DNA from: Squalus acanthias
Lineage: Eukaryota
Length of the DNA: 64,000 bases
Direction: 5' to 3'
Assembly (NCBI GenBank): GCA_030390025.1
Contig: CM059432.1
Coordinates: forward strand, 124,932,001 to 124,996,000
The notes beneath the pieces are model-generated. The model saw only the letters and a list, made by a program, of their open reading frames with translations, did no database searches and had not been told where the DNA came from. Positions within the stretch are counted from its first letter, which is position 1, and each line of letters begins with the position of its first letter. The translations under genes were made by a program, and so were the position numbers. Positions 1 through 12,815 of the stretch are shown in pieces.

Positions 1-355
1 GCACTCCTGCTCCTCTTGGCCCACATTCAGCGCTGGAAAGGCACTTACCTTTTCCACGAAGCTGTTCTCACCTCCCTTTAGCTGCCGGGTTTCCTGAGGC
101 CCAGGAAATCTGGCCAGCCAGGGGTCAGCCTGGAAGGCAGGTTAAATATGAGGCATGCAGTCTTGTTATAATACGTAAATGGCCAACCTACCTCCTGAGA
201 GCAGGCTGGTCGCTTGCCTCCCCCCCTGTCCCACCTCCGTTAACACTGGGAGTGGCCGTGTTGGAGGCGAGTTGGGGTTGGGTTTGAGATTTAAAATTTT
301 TTTAACATCCCACCCGACCCCAACCCAGCCACTTTTTTGTGGTTAAAATTACCTC
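1..355. mobile_element. Right part of a Harbinger-type MITE (same family as 42253-43010)
   Basis: Aligns by eye to about 42665-43010, including ATCCCACCCGACCC...GGTTAAAATTACC terminus. Confidence 0.75.
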
Positions 356-508
356 AGTTAAGCTCTCTTCTATTCCATTACTTTTCTGTATTTTTTGTTG
401 CTTAATTCTTATTCTCTCTAAGCTTGGCAGGATGCTTTCAACAGCGACACTACGTCGGAAATCAGAAAACTCCGGCCACAGTTTGAAGAGGACATCAAAA
501 ACTGCCAT
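353..508 (-). CDS. RGS22: RGS22 coding exon (MAVFDVLFKLWPEFSDFRR...SLTE), most 3' exon in window
   Basis: AG acceptor at 510-509, GTAATT donor at 352; 156 nt, phase 0; resembles recalled human RGS22 MTIFGVLFKFWPQFCEFRK. The 3' boundary is less certain because it overlaps a MITE end. Confidence 0.85.
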
Positions 509-635
509 CTGTGAAGTGAAACCTCATTACTTTTGTAAACTAGATATTTCCAGGCAATCTATACATTTTGAAATACTAGATTATCAAATCAACCCTTTGA
601 AAATATGTGCAGCTGGACTTTCCAATGAACATTGT

Positions 636-1839
636 GTCAACCTTATTGAATTCTTTGAAGAAGTAATGGAAGGGGTAGACAAAGGTAGTAGACGTAATAT
701 AGTTGGATTTTCAAAAGGCCTTCGATAAGGTACCGCATAGTGGACTCATGACTAAGGTCAGAACATGTGAAGTCCGGGCACAAGTAGCACAATGGATAGC
801 AAGCTGGCTACAAAATAGAAAACAGAGAGTAGGGATTAAAGGTGGTTACTCAGACTGGCAGTAGCGGGGAAGTGGTGTTCCACAAGGAGCGGTGCTGGAA
901 CCACTGTTGTTCGCCATTTACATAAACAATTTGGACTCTGAATCGGAAGTACAATTTCAAAATTTGCGGACGGCACCAAATTGGGTGGTATAGTTAATAC
1001 AGAGGAGGACTGTGACAAAATACAGCAAAACATTAATAAACTTTCAGAATGGGCTTGTAATTGGCAAATGAACTGTGAGGTGGGACATTTTAGTAGGCAG
1101 AATAATTCTTTGGGAAATAAGTGTCTAAGTGGGGTAGAGGAGCAGAGGGATCTGGGGGTACAGATACACAAGTAATTAAAAGTAGCGATGCAGGTTAATA
1201 AGGCCACAGAAAAAGCAAACAAAGAGCTGGGGTTCATTTCTAGAGGGATATAATTGAAAAGCAGTGAAGTTATGTTAAACTTGCATAGAACCTTGGTCCG
1301 ACCACACTTGGAGTACTGTGAGCCGTTCTGGTCTCCATATTATAAAAAGGATCTGGAGGCATTGGAGAAGGTGCAAAAAAGATTTACTAGGATGATACCT
1401 ATCAGGAAAGATTGAACAGGCTGGGGCTCTTCTCTCCAGACTGAGGAGAAGACCTGATAGAGGTCTTCAAGATTATAAAAGGGTTTGATAGGTTAGACGT
1501 AGAGAAGATGTTTCCACTTTCGGGGAGACCAAAACTAGGGGTCATAAATATAAGATAGTCACTAATAAATCCAATAGGGAATTCAGGAGAAACCTCTTTA
1601 CCCAGAGAATGGTTAGAATGTGGAACTCACTACCACAAGGACATAGTTGAAGTGACTAGCATAGATGGATCTAAGGGGAAGCTAGATAAACATATGAGGG
1701 AGAAAGGAATAAAAGGATATGTTGTTGGGGTTAGATGAAGAAGGGTGGGAAGAGGCTCATGTGGAGCAGAAACAATGACATGGACCTGTTGGGCAGAAGG
1801 CCTAATTCTGTGCTGTAAATACTATGTAATATTATGTAA
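636..1839 (+). mobile_element. CR1 LINE, 5'-truncated decayed RT and 3' end
   Basis: NLIEFFEEV, KFADGTKLGG motifs, CR1 3' hairpin region and short tandem tail; stops and frameshifts. Confidence 0.9.
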
Positions 1840-1902
1840 GTTGTGTCCTATTTTCCTATGTGATTTATCGACATTGAGCAGGTAAAATAATTTCCCATCG
1901 GG

Positions 1903-3655
1903 AACAACACCAACTTATATTATACATAGCTCCCTTAACGTATTAAAACATTCAAAGGCACTTCACAGGAGCGTTATCAAAAAACAAAATTTAACACCAA
2001 GGCATATAAGGAGATGTTAGGGCAGAAGACCAAAAGCTTTGTCAAAGAGCTAGGTTTTAAGGAGCGTCTTAAAAGGAGGAAAGAGAGGCGGAGAGATTTA
2101 GTGAGGGAATTCCAGAGCTTAGGACCTAGGCAGCTGAAGGCACGGCTGCCAATGGTGGAGCAATTAAAATTGGGGACGTTCAAGAGGCCAGAATTGGAGG
2201 AGCGCAGAGGTCTCGGGGGGTTGTGGGGCTGGAGGAGATTACAGAGACAGAGGGCGAGGCCATGGAGGAATTTGAAAACAAGGGCATGAATTTTAAAATC
2301 GAGGCGTTGCTTAACTGGGAGCCAATGTAGGTGCACAGGGGTGATGGGGGAGCAGGACTTGGTGCGAGTTAGGACATGGGCAGCAGAGTTTTGGATGACC
2401 CCAAGTTTATGGAGGGTAGAACTAGGGAGGCCGGCCAGGCGTGCATTGGAATTGTCAAGTCTAGAGGTAACAAAGGCATGGATGAGGGTTTCAGCAGCAG
2501 ATGAGCTGAGGCGGGGGGGAGACGAGCGATGTTCCGGAGGTGGAAATGGACGGTCTTAGTGATGGAAAGGATAAGAGGTAGGAAGTTCAATTCATGATCA
2601 AATATGACACCAAGGTTGCGAACAGACTTGGTCGGCCTCAGACAGTTGCCAGGGAGAGGGATGGAGTCGGTAACAAGGGAACGGAGTTTGTGGCGTGAAC
2701 CAAAAACAATTGCTTCGGTCTTCCCGATATTTAATTGGAGGAAATTTCTGCTCATTCAGTGCTGGATGTCAGACAAGCAGTCTGATAGTATAGAGACGAT
2801 GAAGGGTTCGAGAGATGTGGAGGAGAGGTAGAGCTGGGTATCATCAGCGTACATGTGAAAACTCACGCTGTGTCGCCGGATGATGTCAGTGAGGGGCAGC
2901 ATATAGATGAGAAATAGGAGGGGGCCAAGGATAGATCCTTGGGGGACACCAGAGGTAATGGTGTGGGTGTGGGAAGAGAAGCCATTGCAGGTGATTCTCT
3001 GGCTACGATTGGATAGATAAGAATGTAACCAGGTGAATGCAGTCCCACGCAGCTGGACGATGGAGGAGAGGCGTTGGAGCAGAATTTTGTGGTCAACCGT
3101 GTCAAAGGCTGCAGTCAGCTCCAGAAGGACGAGAAGGGATGGGTTACCTTTGTTGCAGTCAATTAGGATGTCATTTGTGACTTTGTTCAGAGCCATTTTG
3201 GTAGTGTGGCTGGGGCGGAAACCTGATTGGAGGGATTCAAACAAGGAGTTTCAGGAAAGATGGGCACCGATTTGGGAGGCGACAACATGTTCAAGGACTT
3301 TGGAGAGGAAAGGGGAGTTGGAGATGGGGTGATAGTTTGCAAGGACGGAGGGGTTGAGGGTTGGTTTTTTGAGGAGAGGGTTGATGATGGCAGATTTGAT
3401 GGAGAGGGGGACAGTACCCGAGGAGCGAGAACCGTTAACAATATCAGCTAACATGGGAGCCAGAAAAGGAAGTTGGGTGGTCAGCAGTTTAGTCGGAATA
3501 TGGGCCGAGATCAGGAGGTGGGTCTCATTGACAAAATGAGCTTTGAAAGGGCAAGAAGGGAGATAGGAGAGAAACTAGAGAAATATGCAAATTCAGGGTT
3601 AGGGCAGGGCGAAAACTGAGAGGAAGCTAGGCCCGGTGGGCTAGGGGAAGGGATT
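1903..3655 (-). mobile_element. L2 LINE, 5'-truncated
   Basis: QSGFRPSH, AFDTVDH, GVPQGSILGP, YADDTQLY, HWLPVKQR motifs; CAA-rich tail at 1903. Confidence 0.92.
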
Positions 3656-3882
3656 AGCATCAATACCCAAACACTCGCTGGCAAGTTTGTTTTAAAACTG
3701 CATCCACTGGACATGCTGGAGTTCTGTCCTCAGTGAACTAGGGGGTTGAACAAAAGTTATGCAACCAATTTGACGACTGGATGGTCTTCCCATCATGCCC
3801 TTCCACTGGCAATATCCACATTGCTCCCAAAATACGATTCGGCCATCTTACTGAGCTCCTTCACATTCCTTTCTTCACATAC

Positions 3883-4061
3883 CTGTGCTTCTCTGAAGAT
3901 ATATGGTCCCATCTCTTGCCTCTGATTAATAATTTTATATGCATATTCTGGTGGAATGTCGATCTGCACAAGTGGTGGGATGTTGGAATTGATGAAACAA
4001 CTAATAATGACGGTGATCTTATTCTGAATGATTCCTCATTCGCATGAGAATGGCACAAGTC
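3883..4061 (-). CDS. RGS22: RGS22 coding exon (DLCHSHANEE / IIQNKITVIISCFINSNIPPLVQIDIPPEY...GPYIFREAQ) with apparent 1-nt deletion
   Basis: TTTCAG acceptor, GTATGT donor; matches recalled RGS22 DLCHSH...QIDIP...GPYVFREAQ, but is 179 nt and homology switches frame near 4032. Confidence 0.9.
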
Positions 4062-4217
4062 CTGAAAGAAAAAGCAGCGCAGACATGCATATTTTTTCAG
4101 TGGCAATCTGTGTTAGTGCATTTTCTACAAGTTAAACACCTGACTCATTTGAAAGAAGTTTTGAATTATTATTTAACTTTTTTGTAATTAGATCTCATTA
4201 TCCTGTACTTTATTTAC

Positions 4218-4379
4218 CTTGTATTTTTGAACCTCAAGCCAGAAGAGCACATTATTCTCCATCAATTCGCCCTTCAGTGACACATACTTCTGAAATTGGA
4301 GAGCTGTTACTGGATTTAACAAGGCTTTACGGAACGCAATGATTTCCTTTGATGAGGAAGCCCATTTGCTTTCCAGGTG
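4218..4379 (-). CDS. RGS22: RGS22 coding exon (HLESKWASSSKEIIAFRKALLNPVT...LFWLEVQKYK), RGS domain
   Basis: CAG acceptor, GTAAAT donor, 162 nt phase 0; RGS-type FWLEVQKYK motif. Confidence 0.95.
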
Positions 4380-5854
4380 CTGTTGGAAACATAAACGTTC
4401 ACAATCACTTACATCATCCACATTTTCTCAAACCATTAGAAAAGAATACAAGTATTGAAAATATTGGGCTGCTGGTGTTTTCAAGCTTCTGCAGCCCAGT
4501 GAACCCTTGGAAACATTGGTTCAACAGCATTTGGGGAGGGAAGCAGGACAGTGGCTTTAAGGAGGCTGAGATTGCAGGCAAGAGGTTCAAATTTTCAGCA
4601 TCAGAACTCTATAAAATGAACAGAGTTCTTCTGAAGTTTTGGAAATTTAATCCCATCTCTATTCAGACCCGTAAACTCTTTCTAAATTCAAATGACAGTT
4701 ACTGTTCATTGTGTGAAACATGACCTCTTTCTGGTTGCTTCACTGTAAAGAAATAAACACTTTAACCTATTTTAATGGGTTCACAGCTTACGTCATTGAC
4801 AACACTTGCCCAGTTGTAAAGCGAATACTTCATAAGTGGACATATTCTTTCATAAAGTATGCATTTCTGAGTCACACCATACAGGACCACTTGTAAAACA
4901 CAAATACTTCAGTCTTGTACATTAAAGCCTGTTGATGTTGAGACCTTGGCCTGAGTTTGGACAAGTATTTGCTGGAAAGTTGCTAGAAATGCAAGCTGAT
5001 GACGGCAACCGAAGTGCGTGGGCAACAGGGAATCTGGGACCTTGGTGGACAATGGGACAAACAGTGTATCTCCTTAACCAATGAGATTAAAGGATTGAGA
5101 AAGAAAGAGGAACAACGGAGAACGATTGTGAATTTAATGTACTTTTATCCCACAAGCAAAATCCAGAGATAAAGAAGCTCTTTTAAAGATGCAGGTAATC
5201 CAAAGCCCATTCTTTAATTCACATTACTCTGTTTATCTAAAGTCATATGAAAAAAGCTATCACATAGAAATGTTCCCTATTTGCTGCATGATGAAGCCCT
5301 GCTTCTGTCACAAGCATATGGCATTGAAGACCAACTAAGAGCCTTTAACTCTGCTTCTCCTCCATTTCTTTTATAATTCTCTTTATATAGATGCACAAGA
5401 TTGGGTATATTTTCCTCTGGTCAGTAATGTGAGCAAAAAAGTTGGTGTGAATATAAAATGCAAACCTGCTTTACATTCACGTAGACTTTCTTGCTTACAT
5501 TAGAAGCCAGGAAGATATATTCATATAAAGGAAATTGCTACTAGTGAAGTTTCATTTTTAAACTGACACTTTGATTTTCTCCCTCCATCAAAAACTAAAA
5601 AAAAGAAAACACTCCTCCATTTTGCCCGTCAATTTTGTATGTTTGTATGTCTCTTATATTGCCAGTGCCAATCATTGTTTTCTGTGGAAAAAAACTCATC
5701 ACTTTGCAAAAACAAAGCTGTATTCAACTTAATGGATTTTCAATCCATATCTCAAATTCTCACCATTTCTAAAGACCTGACTTTGACAATACAGATATAA
5801 TAATGATTCACGCGAACTGCCAAAGTATTGCATTTTTGAGGTACAAGTCCTCAC

Positions 5855-5923
5855 CCTCATTACATCTCGCTTCTTCCTACTCTTGTGTAACATCTGGTCC
5901 TCCACCACGTCTTGCAATTGTAC
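5855..5923 (-). CDS. RGS22: RGS22 coding exon (VQLQDVVEDQMLHKSRKKRDVMR)
   Basis: CTCCAG acceptor, GTGAGG donor, 69 nt phase 0; collinear with recalled VQMKDIAEELLLQK. Confidence 0.85.
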
Positions 5924-6073
5924 CTGGAGAACCGACACCAAGAAATAAAACTTTAGGATCAAATTACAAATAGATACCCTCGTGAGGTCAAATATATTCT
6001 TCTCAACCCTTTCAATATATTTCACTCAGTGTTTCTTCACAAATTTCATACGTGCAAAAGGGAATTGTGTATA

Positions 6074-6199
6074 TACTTGAACAATTTGCAGGGCTATGGG
6101 GAAAGAGCAGGGGAGTGGGACTAATTGGATAGTTCTTACAAAGAGTAGGCACAGGCACAATGGGCTGAATGGCCTCCTTCTGTGCTGTATGATTCTATG
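6074..6199 (+). mobile_element. CR1 3' end fragment
   Basis: Matches 3' ends at 20540-20669 and 44550-44684. Confidence 0.8.
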
Positions 6200-6656
6200 T
6201 AGGATAATAATTACAAAAAATATTTTTTAAACTTACAGCTGAAAGGATACTAAGATTAGTTTGGATTCAGTTCCTACAAGAGTCTATACTATAAAACCGC
6301 CCATGGTTACGCATTCATTGTGACTAAATTGGAAATCTTACTCAGACGCAACATTAGGATAGCTGCTTCGGGAAGTGGAAATGTCACACAAGGTGCAGAA
6401 AGAAGCTTGGGGTTATGGCACATTATCAGGCAGCTTTACTCGGCATTTAGCTGTGTGTTATTCATAACCTACGAGTGCTAAATATCGACACTTGATGTGA
6501 AAATGAATATGGTTCCAATCTCCGTACGAACATGCCCCATCTCAATGAGCACATAATTTCACCTCAAAAAAGATCAAGCCTCTGTAATCATAAAAGTTTT
6601 GGTGAGAAGGGGGCCATTATACCTGTGGCAGTGCTAACACTTCCACTAGAGATATT

Positions 6657-6827
6657 GGGTTAGATTTGACATTGTACTATAGTGGTAAATGGTTGATAGC
6701 GAATCGGCAGCCTGTTTTCATCTTTCCCGATTTTGAAGTCAATGGAAATAAAAATCAGGAGAGATGTAAAGGTGATAGATTCGCTATCACCCATTTTACA
6801 CAACTGCACAAAGTCAAAATCTACCCC
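6657..6827. mobile_element. Small palindromic Harbinger-type MITE
   Basis: GGGTTAGATTTGAC...GTCAAAATCTACCCC termini, ATT 3-bp TSD, internal inverted GATAGCGAATC/GATTCGCTATC. Confidence 0.75.
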
Positions 6828-7307
6828 ATTGACTCTTATCCTATTTCCCTGTACACGTTAATATTTTACTTTTTTTAAATCTAATTGATATTCTAGCGCT
6901 ACGATTGACTCGGCTATGGATAATAGTCTATTCCAATACTATAATAGCGTTCTTTATTCCAATGACCCCTTGCAAGAAAAAGTTCTTCCAAACCATCTCC
7001 TTTACGCTTCTAGTACTAACCCTCCTTTTTGCTAATTCATCAACTATTCACTCTCCCAAAACCTTTCACAATTTTGAACACTTTCATTAGGATCTGCCCT
7101 TATACCTTCTCAGTTCCAGTGAATATAAGCTAGTTTTTGAAGTCTCTCATCATAACTTTATCCTCTTAGCCTTGGTAATATCCTAGGAATTCTACACTGC
7201 ATCTTTTCCATGGTGCCGAAGCTCTTTCTATAATGCACACAGTACACCTATTGCAGTCGAGCCCAATATACAGCTTCGCCATAAACTTCCTTTCTTTTGT
7301 ATTCATT

Positions 7308-7397
7308 GGGGTGAATTTCAACTTTGGTGGAGTGTATAACTGACGGCTGTTCCATTACTGCCCATTTAACGCCCCGCTAGATCTGAATTTTACCCCC
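7308..7397. mobile_element. Approximately 90-bp MITE remnant
   Basis: GGGGTGAATTTCA...TGAATTTTACCCCC termini. Confidence 0.55.
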
Positions 7398-7422
7398 AAT
7401 GTCTCTATATATAAAACCCATT

Positions 7423-8295
7423 GGGGGAGAAATTCGGTATCGCCCCGTTTGGGGCGCAATTATCGGCCAGGCGCAAAGTTTAGTGCCTGGCGCTAATTAT
7501 TGCCTCCGACTGCAAACTTGGCTTCTATCGTCCCTGGAGGTGATTGGAGCGCTAAATCAGGCGCTACACACCTCTCTTAAGGCGCGAACGCCGAGGAGCG
7601 AGACGCTACCTCAGAGCGCTGGCGAAGCTCATGTGATGTCAGTCAGCAATGGAACACAGACACACTGGCGCCGGCCAGTTCTTAAAGGGGAGGGTCGATC
7701 TTGCTCTCCATCCACACCCTGCTCATTGCAGCCTTGAATCTCGGCCTGGAGAGACCTGTACATCAATTCTGCTGGAAAGAACAATGGAGAGGCCCAGGGA
7801 AAGAGCTCAGAGTGCAACCCCCATAGTCTCTTCTAAATCGATGCAAGGAAGGTCAAATCATAATGAACCTGCAAAGTGCTGCTCAGTACCCAAAACTCCT
7901 TCATACAGCGTTGACTCTCTCCAGAAGTCTCTCTCTCTCAGAATGCATGGTGCAAAAAAGTCGCCGACAAAAAAAGGCAGGAAGCAGCCGCCTTTAAATA
8001 GCGCTCCCCCAGTCCCTTCCTGACTGCAAAACGTTCCCCATTACCTGTCGTTGCTAGCGGTAGGCGGAAAGGCAGGGGGCACCACTCAATATCCGGTCCG
8101 GGGCGCTACAGGGGTGTTGCACGCTCGACTGACGTCACGATCTGCGGGCGCAGGAGATCGCGGCGGTAGTGTTTAGCACCGCCGCAAAATGTCTGGTCAA
8201 TTTCACGAGCGGCGCAAACATCGCCGTGCCCGGGCGCTGGTTGCTTTGTGCTTAGGGCGCTAACGGGAGACGCAAAGCAACCGAATTTTTCCCCC
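7423..8295 (+). mobile_element. Non-autonomous PIF/Harbinger element (family A, copy 1)
   Basis: TIR GGGGGAGAAATTCGGT / ACCGAATTTTTCCCCC, ATT TSD; both arms align to the ends of 32356-36574. Confidence 0.92.
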
Positions 8296-8707
8296 ATTTT
8301 CTTTTTTGTTTATTACTTGCAACCCCCATTTTAGATATCTGTGTATCTGTACCTCAAGATCGCTCTATTCCTCTACTCAATTGAGAGTTTTACAGTTTAG
8401 GTTATAATTCCGTTCTTTGTTCTTATTCCCAAAATGTACCACTTCATACTTATTATTTGCCACATGTACATAACAATTTTTGTGTAAAAAAATTCCAATA
8501 TAGTTCATGTGACATTAATGGGTAACTGTTCATAAATATAGTTAATCTCAGTTATTTCAACAATGCTTTTCTGATACGTGATGGATGTAAAGCAGTAAAG
8601 GTCTAGTTTATATTTTCAATATAAGGTGTACAGATAACACTGCTTTACACTCAGTGTCAACGGCGTAGCTTGCTATAACAGGTTGGTCAACTGCAGGATT
8701 ACCGTAC

Positions 8708-8866
8708 CCGTTTATGGTGCCTATCAGCAAACTCCGGTGAGGCCAGGAACATTGGCAGCCATTTGCTTTCCAGACGAGCTTTTGCATATTTTTGCACCTC
8801 AATTCCAACCGTTGAAGACAACTGATCGTGGAGCAACTTGTCCTCTCCCCCAGCCAACGTCACCAC
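8708..8866 (-). CDS. RGS22: RGS22 coding exon (VVTLAGGEDKLLHDQL...RLESKWLPMFLASPEFADRHHKR)
   Basis: Translated by hand (not in this frame in the ORF track); TCTCTAG acceptor, GTACGG donor, 159 nt; WLPMFLAS matches the RGS helix 8-9 motif. Confidence 0.92.
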
Positions 8867-9002
8867 CTAGAGAGAAGAATTACATTTAGGGTTTCTTTGT
8901 TTTCCCCCAAAATTGCTAGAATACATTATTGTTTTTTCACAATAATAGGAGTAACTTTATGAATGTGCACTTCCGGTGCAAAGCCTTGCCCGCTGAGAAT
9001 GT

Positions 9003-9730
9003 ATGTTGGAAATTCATGTGCGTGTTCCCCATGACTTTGCATCCATTAAAATGAATTGGATAGGCCCAAATTCCCAATATGTGCTATCAGCTCGACAGAT
9101 CATCCGCATCCGCTTGAAATTGACGTTCGCTGGTGGAGAGTGGGGCTGTTTGCCCAACTACTGCCCAGCGAATGCCCACGAAACTCTTCCGCCTGGTAAA
9201 ACCAGAGTAGGGCCTTTTACCAGCGTACGGGTTTAAATAAATATTAAAATAAAAATTTTAAAATCATTTAAACATTCTAAAACCTTTAAAATTAGTTTAG
9301 GTTATTTTTGGCCCCTTTAAGAATATTTACATTTATTTTTCAAAAAATTACATTTTTGTTTTAAATGTTTAATTAAATTGCATTTGAATTAATTTTGAAC
9401 ATGTGATCATTTATTTTTACTTAAGTGGGGTGAAAGTGTGTTTTTTTTATGTTATTCCTATTATGCTTACGGGGGTTTCGTATGTAAATGGAATCTCCAT
9501 AAGCATAATAGGAATCCCCCTTTGTGATTGGTTGGGCCGGCCCACGTGATCCCAGGGACGCTTGCGAACTGCCTGCGCCCCTGGGATATGTTGGCCTTTA
9601 GGCAGGCCTACGCCTGCAGGCCCAGGAGCACAAGAGTCCGAAGATACGGCGACACCAGGTAGGTGTGTACTTTTCTTGCGGTTCGGAGGCGTTCGCCCGC
9701 GGGAAGCCTCCGACCGCAATTTCTAACCCC
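9003..9730. mobile_element. Degenerate MITE-like element
   Basis: GTTGGAAATT...AATTTCTAACCCC ends, GC-rich arms around an AT-rich core. Confidence 0.4.
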
Positions 9731-11032
9731 AATGTATTTAATTATCTAAAGTTTCAGGATTCCTATTAAATATATAAATGATCATTTCTCAACACAATCA
9801 AGCACTGAGAATACTTATGCAGGGAGGAATCCAAACATTTAAGGGCTGATTTTAACTTTCGGCGGTGGCGGAAAACAGACGGTAAAGTGTCGGGCGCCCA
9901 TTGTGCAGCCCGGCCGATTTTTCTTTCCACTGAAAGCAATGGAAAGGATGACCAGGTGGGGGGGGTGCAATGTCCGCCGATTTGCTGCTACCCATTTCCC
10001 GCCAGGGCCGAGAACCAACATCAGTGCTTTAAAGTGAACATGGAATTTACATCCAAGGGTAATGTTATGAGTTCCTGCTTCTGATGTGGAGCTTCGGCTG
10101 CAGGGAGCACCCCCTCCCCCCCCCAATGATTTTCCATCCATTGAGTTTAATGGATGTAGAACCATGGAATCCATGTTCCTGAATTCCCAATATGTGTTCC
10201 CAATAGGTGAAGCAACACGCCAGGATTGTAAATTTGTAAAATTACTCCTGTAGTCCATTCTTGCTTACACCCCAATTTATCCCAATGGATACCTATTATT
10301 TTGAGGGGTGGGGGTAGAGTGTCATCAATCGCACTATGCACTGCAGTGCAGAGGAGACATAAAACAATCAAGGCAGGTACACATAAGCATTCCAGCAACC
10401 AAAAAATAGGACCAGAACACCCAAGAGTGAGATTAGAACTAGTTATAATCCATTCTCCGGCACTGAGGGAGAATATTTTTCCCAATAGTCAGGAAACAAC
10501 CTACTTTCTCCTAGAGATGGAAGGTTGATTTTTCCAGAGATGCCATTAACCCAGTTCATTATTTTATAGGATGTAAGCTTTGTAAGACTATTATTTGCAC
10601 AGCCAATAGACTCGCTAGTTGGAGATGTACCTTGTGAGGAGAGTGAGGAACATCAGGACACCAAAGCCAAGATTTTCTGAACTGTGTTATTTTAATGCCA
10701 GTGGTAAGCCATTATAGTAACACAAATCAGAAAATCTAGCTTCAAGAAAGTGAAATGTTGTGGATCATAAGCGACATCCTAACGAAGTCAATCGTCTCTT
10801 ATTGGAAGGACTGTATCCTCAGACATTTCCAGGGAAGGAAAACATTTTTATTCACTGTTTTAATAATCCTCCAGCAAACATTACCTCATGATATCTCATA
10901 GTTTACAGTTTAATGGATTTTCTTAACAATTTTAAATTAGATTAGGCACAGTCAAGCATTAGAGTTCTTGCATATGCGTCACTCAGTCTTCATTAGCAGA
11001 GAAAGGTGCTTCAAAACTAATGAATAAATAGA

Positions 11033-11911
11033 GGGGGAGAAATTCGGTATCGCCCCGTTTGGGGCGCAATTATCGGCCGGGAGCAAAGTTTAGCGCCTGC
11101 CGCTAATTATCGCCTCCGACTTCTATCGCCCCTGGAGGCGATTGGAGCGCTAAATCAGGCGCTACACACCTCTCTTAAGGCGCTAATACTGAGGAGCAAG
11201 GCGCTACCTCAGAGCGCTGGCGAAGCTCATGTGATGTCAGTCAGCAATGGAACATAGACACACTGGCGCTGGCCAGTTCTTAAAGGGGAGGGTTGATCTT
11301 GCTCTCCATCCACACCCTGCTCATTGCAGCCTTGAATCTCAGCTTGGAGAGACCTGTACATCAAATCTGCTGGAAAGAACAATGGAGAGACCCAGGGAAA
11401 GAGCTCAGAGTGCAGCCTCCATAGTCTCTTCTAAATCGATACAAGGAAGGGCAAATCAAAATGAACCTGTAAAGTGCTGCTCAATACCCAAAACTCCTTC
11501 ACACAGTGTTGAATCTCTCCAGAAGACTCTCTCTCTCTCTCAGAATGCGTGGTGCAAAAAAGTCGCCGACAAAAAAAGGCAGGAAACGGTTGCCTTTAAA
11601 TAGCGCTCCCCCAGTCCCTTCCCGACTGCAAAATGCTCCCCTCAACCTGTCGTTGCTAGCGGCAGGCGGTAAGGCAGGGGGTGCCACTCAATATCCAGTC
11701 CGGGGCGCTACCGGGGCGTTGCACGCTCAACTGACGTCACGATCTGCGGGCACAGGAGATCGTGGCGGTAGTGTTTAGCACCGGCGCAAAATGTCTGGTC
11801 AATTCCGTGAGCGGCGCAAACATCGCCGTGTCCAGGCCCTAGTCGCTTTGCGCCCCATTAGTGCCCTCTTAGGGTGCTAACGGGAGGCACAAAGCAACCA
11901 AATTTTCCCCC
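11033..11911 (+). mobile_element. Non-autonomous PIF/Harbinger element (family A, copy 2)
   Basis: Collinear and highly similar to 7423-8295; same TIRs. Confidence 0.92.
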
Positions 11912-12815
11912 CTAAAGCTTTAGGTTGCCTGTTACTACTGCCATTTCCCACATGCCACAATTAATTTCAATAAACATCACCCCTGTATTTTATAATCCCC
12001 TCTGAATTTTGTAAGGTAGTTGCTCTAGAATAGAAAGATGGACAGGTGACCCATTCCTGGACCTAAACCCATTCTGTTCTTCAAACTGTTGCGAAGGGAA
12101 CATTGGCCTCTTGAGCCCAATACACCATTCTATTAGAGCATGGCTGATCTGTACCTCAACTCCACTTACCCGCCTTTGATCCCTACCCCTTGATACACTT
12201 ACCTAATAAAAATCTGTCGATCTCAGTCTTGAAAATTTCAATTAACCCAGCATCCATAGCCTTTTGTAAAAAAAAGTGCTTCCTGACTTCAATCCTAAAT
12301 GGCCTGGCTCTCATTTTAAGCTTGTGCCCCCTTGTTCCGGATTTCCCCACCAAAGGAAATAGTTTCTCTGTATCTACCTTATTGCATCCTTTTATCATTT
12401 TAGATCACCCCTCAACCTTCTAAACTCAAGGGTTTATAAGCCAAGTTTATGCAACTCATCCTCATAATTCAACTCTTAAAGCCATGGTATAATTCTGGTG
12501 CATCAGCGCTGTATCCTCTCTCCAAGGCCAATATATTCTTCCAGAGGTGCCGTGCCTAAAACAGAACGCAGTACTCCAGATCGGGTCTGACCAAGGCTCT
12601 GTACAACTGAAGTATCATTTCCTCCCTTTATATTCCAGCCCCCTTCAGATAAAGGCCAACATTGCATCAGCTTTTTTGATTACTTTTTGTACCTGTGCAC
12701 CAGCTTTTAGTGATTTGTGTATCTGGACACCCAAATCCCTTTGTTCCTCCACAGTTCCAAGTCTCTAGCCATTAAGAAAATATTCTGATTTATCTTTCTT
12801 GGATTCAAAGTGGAT

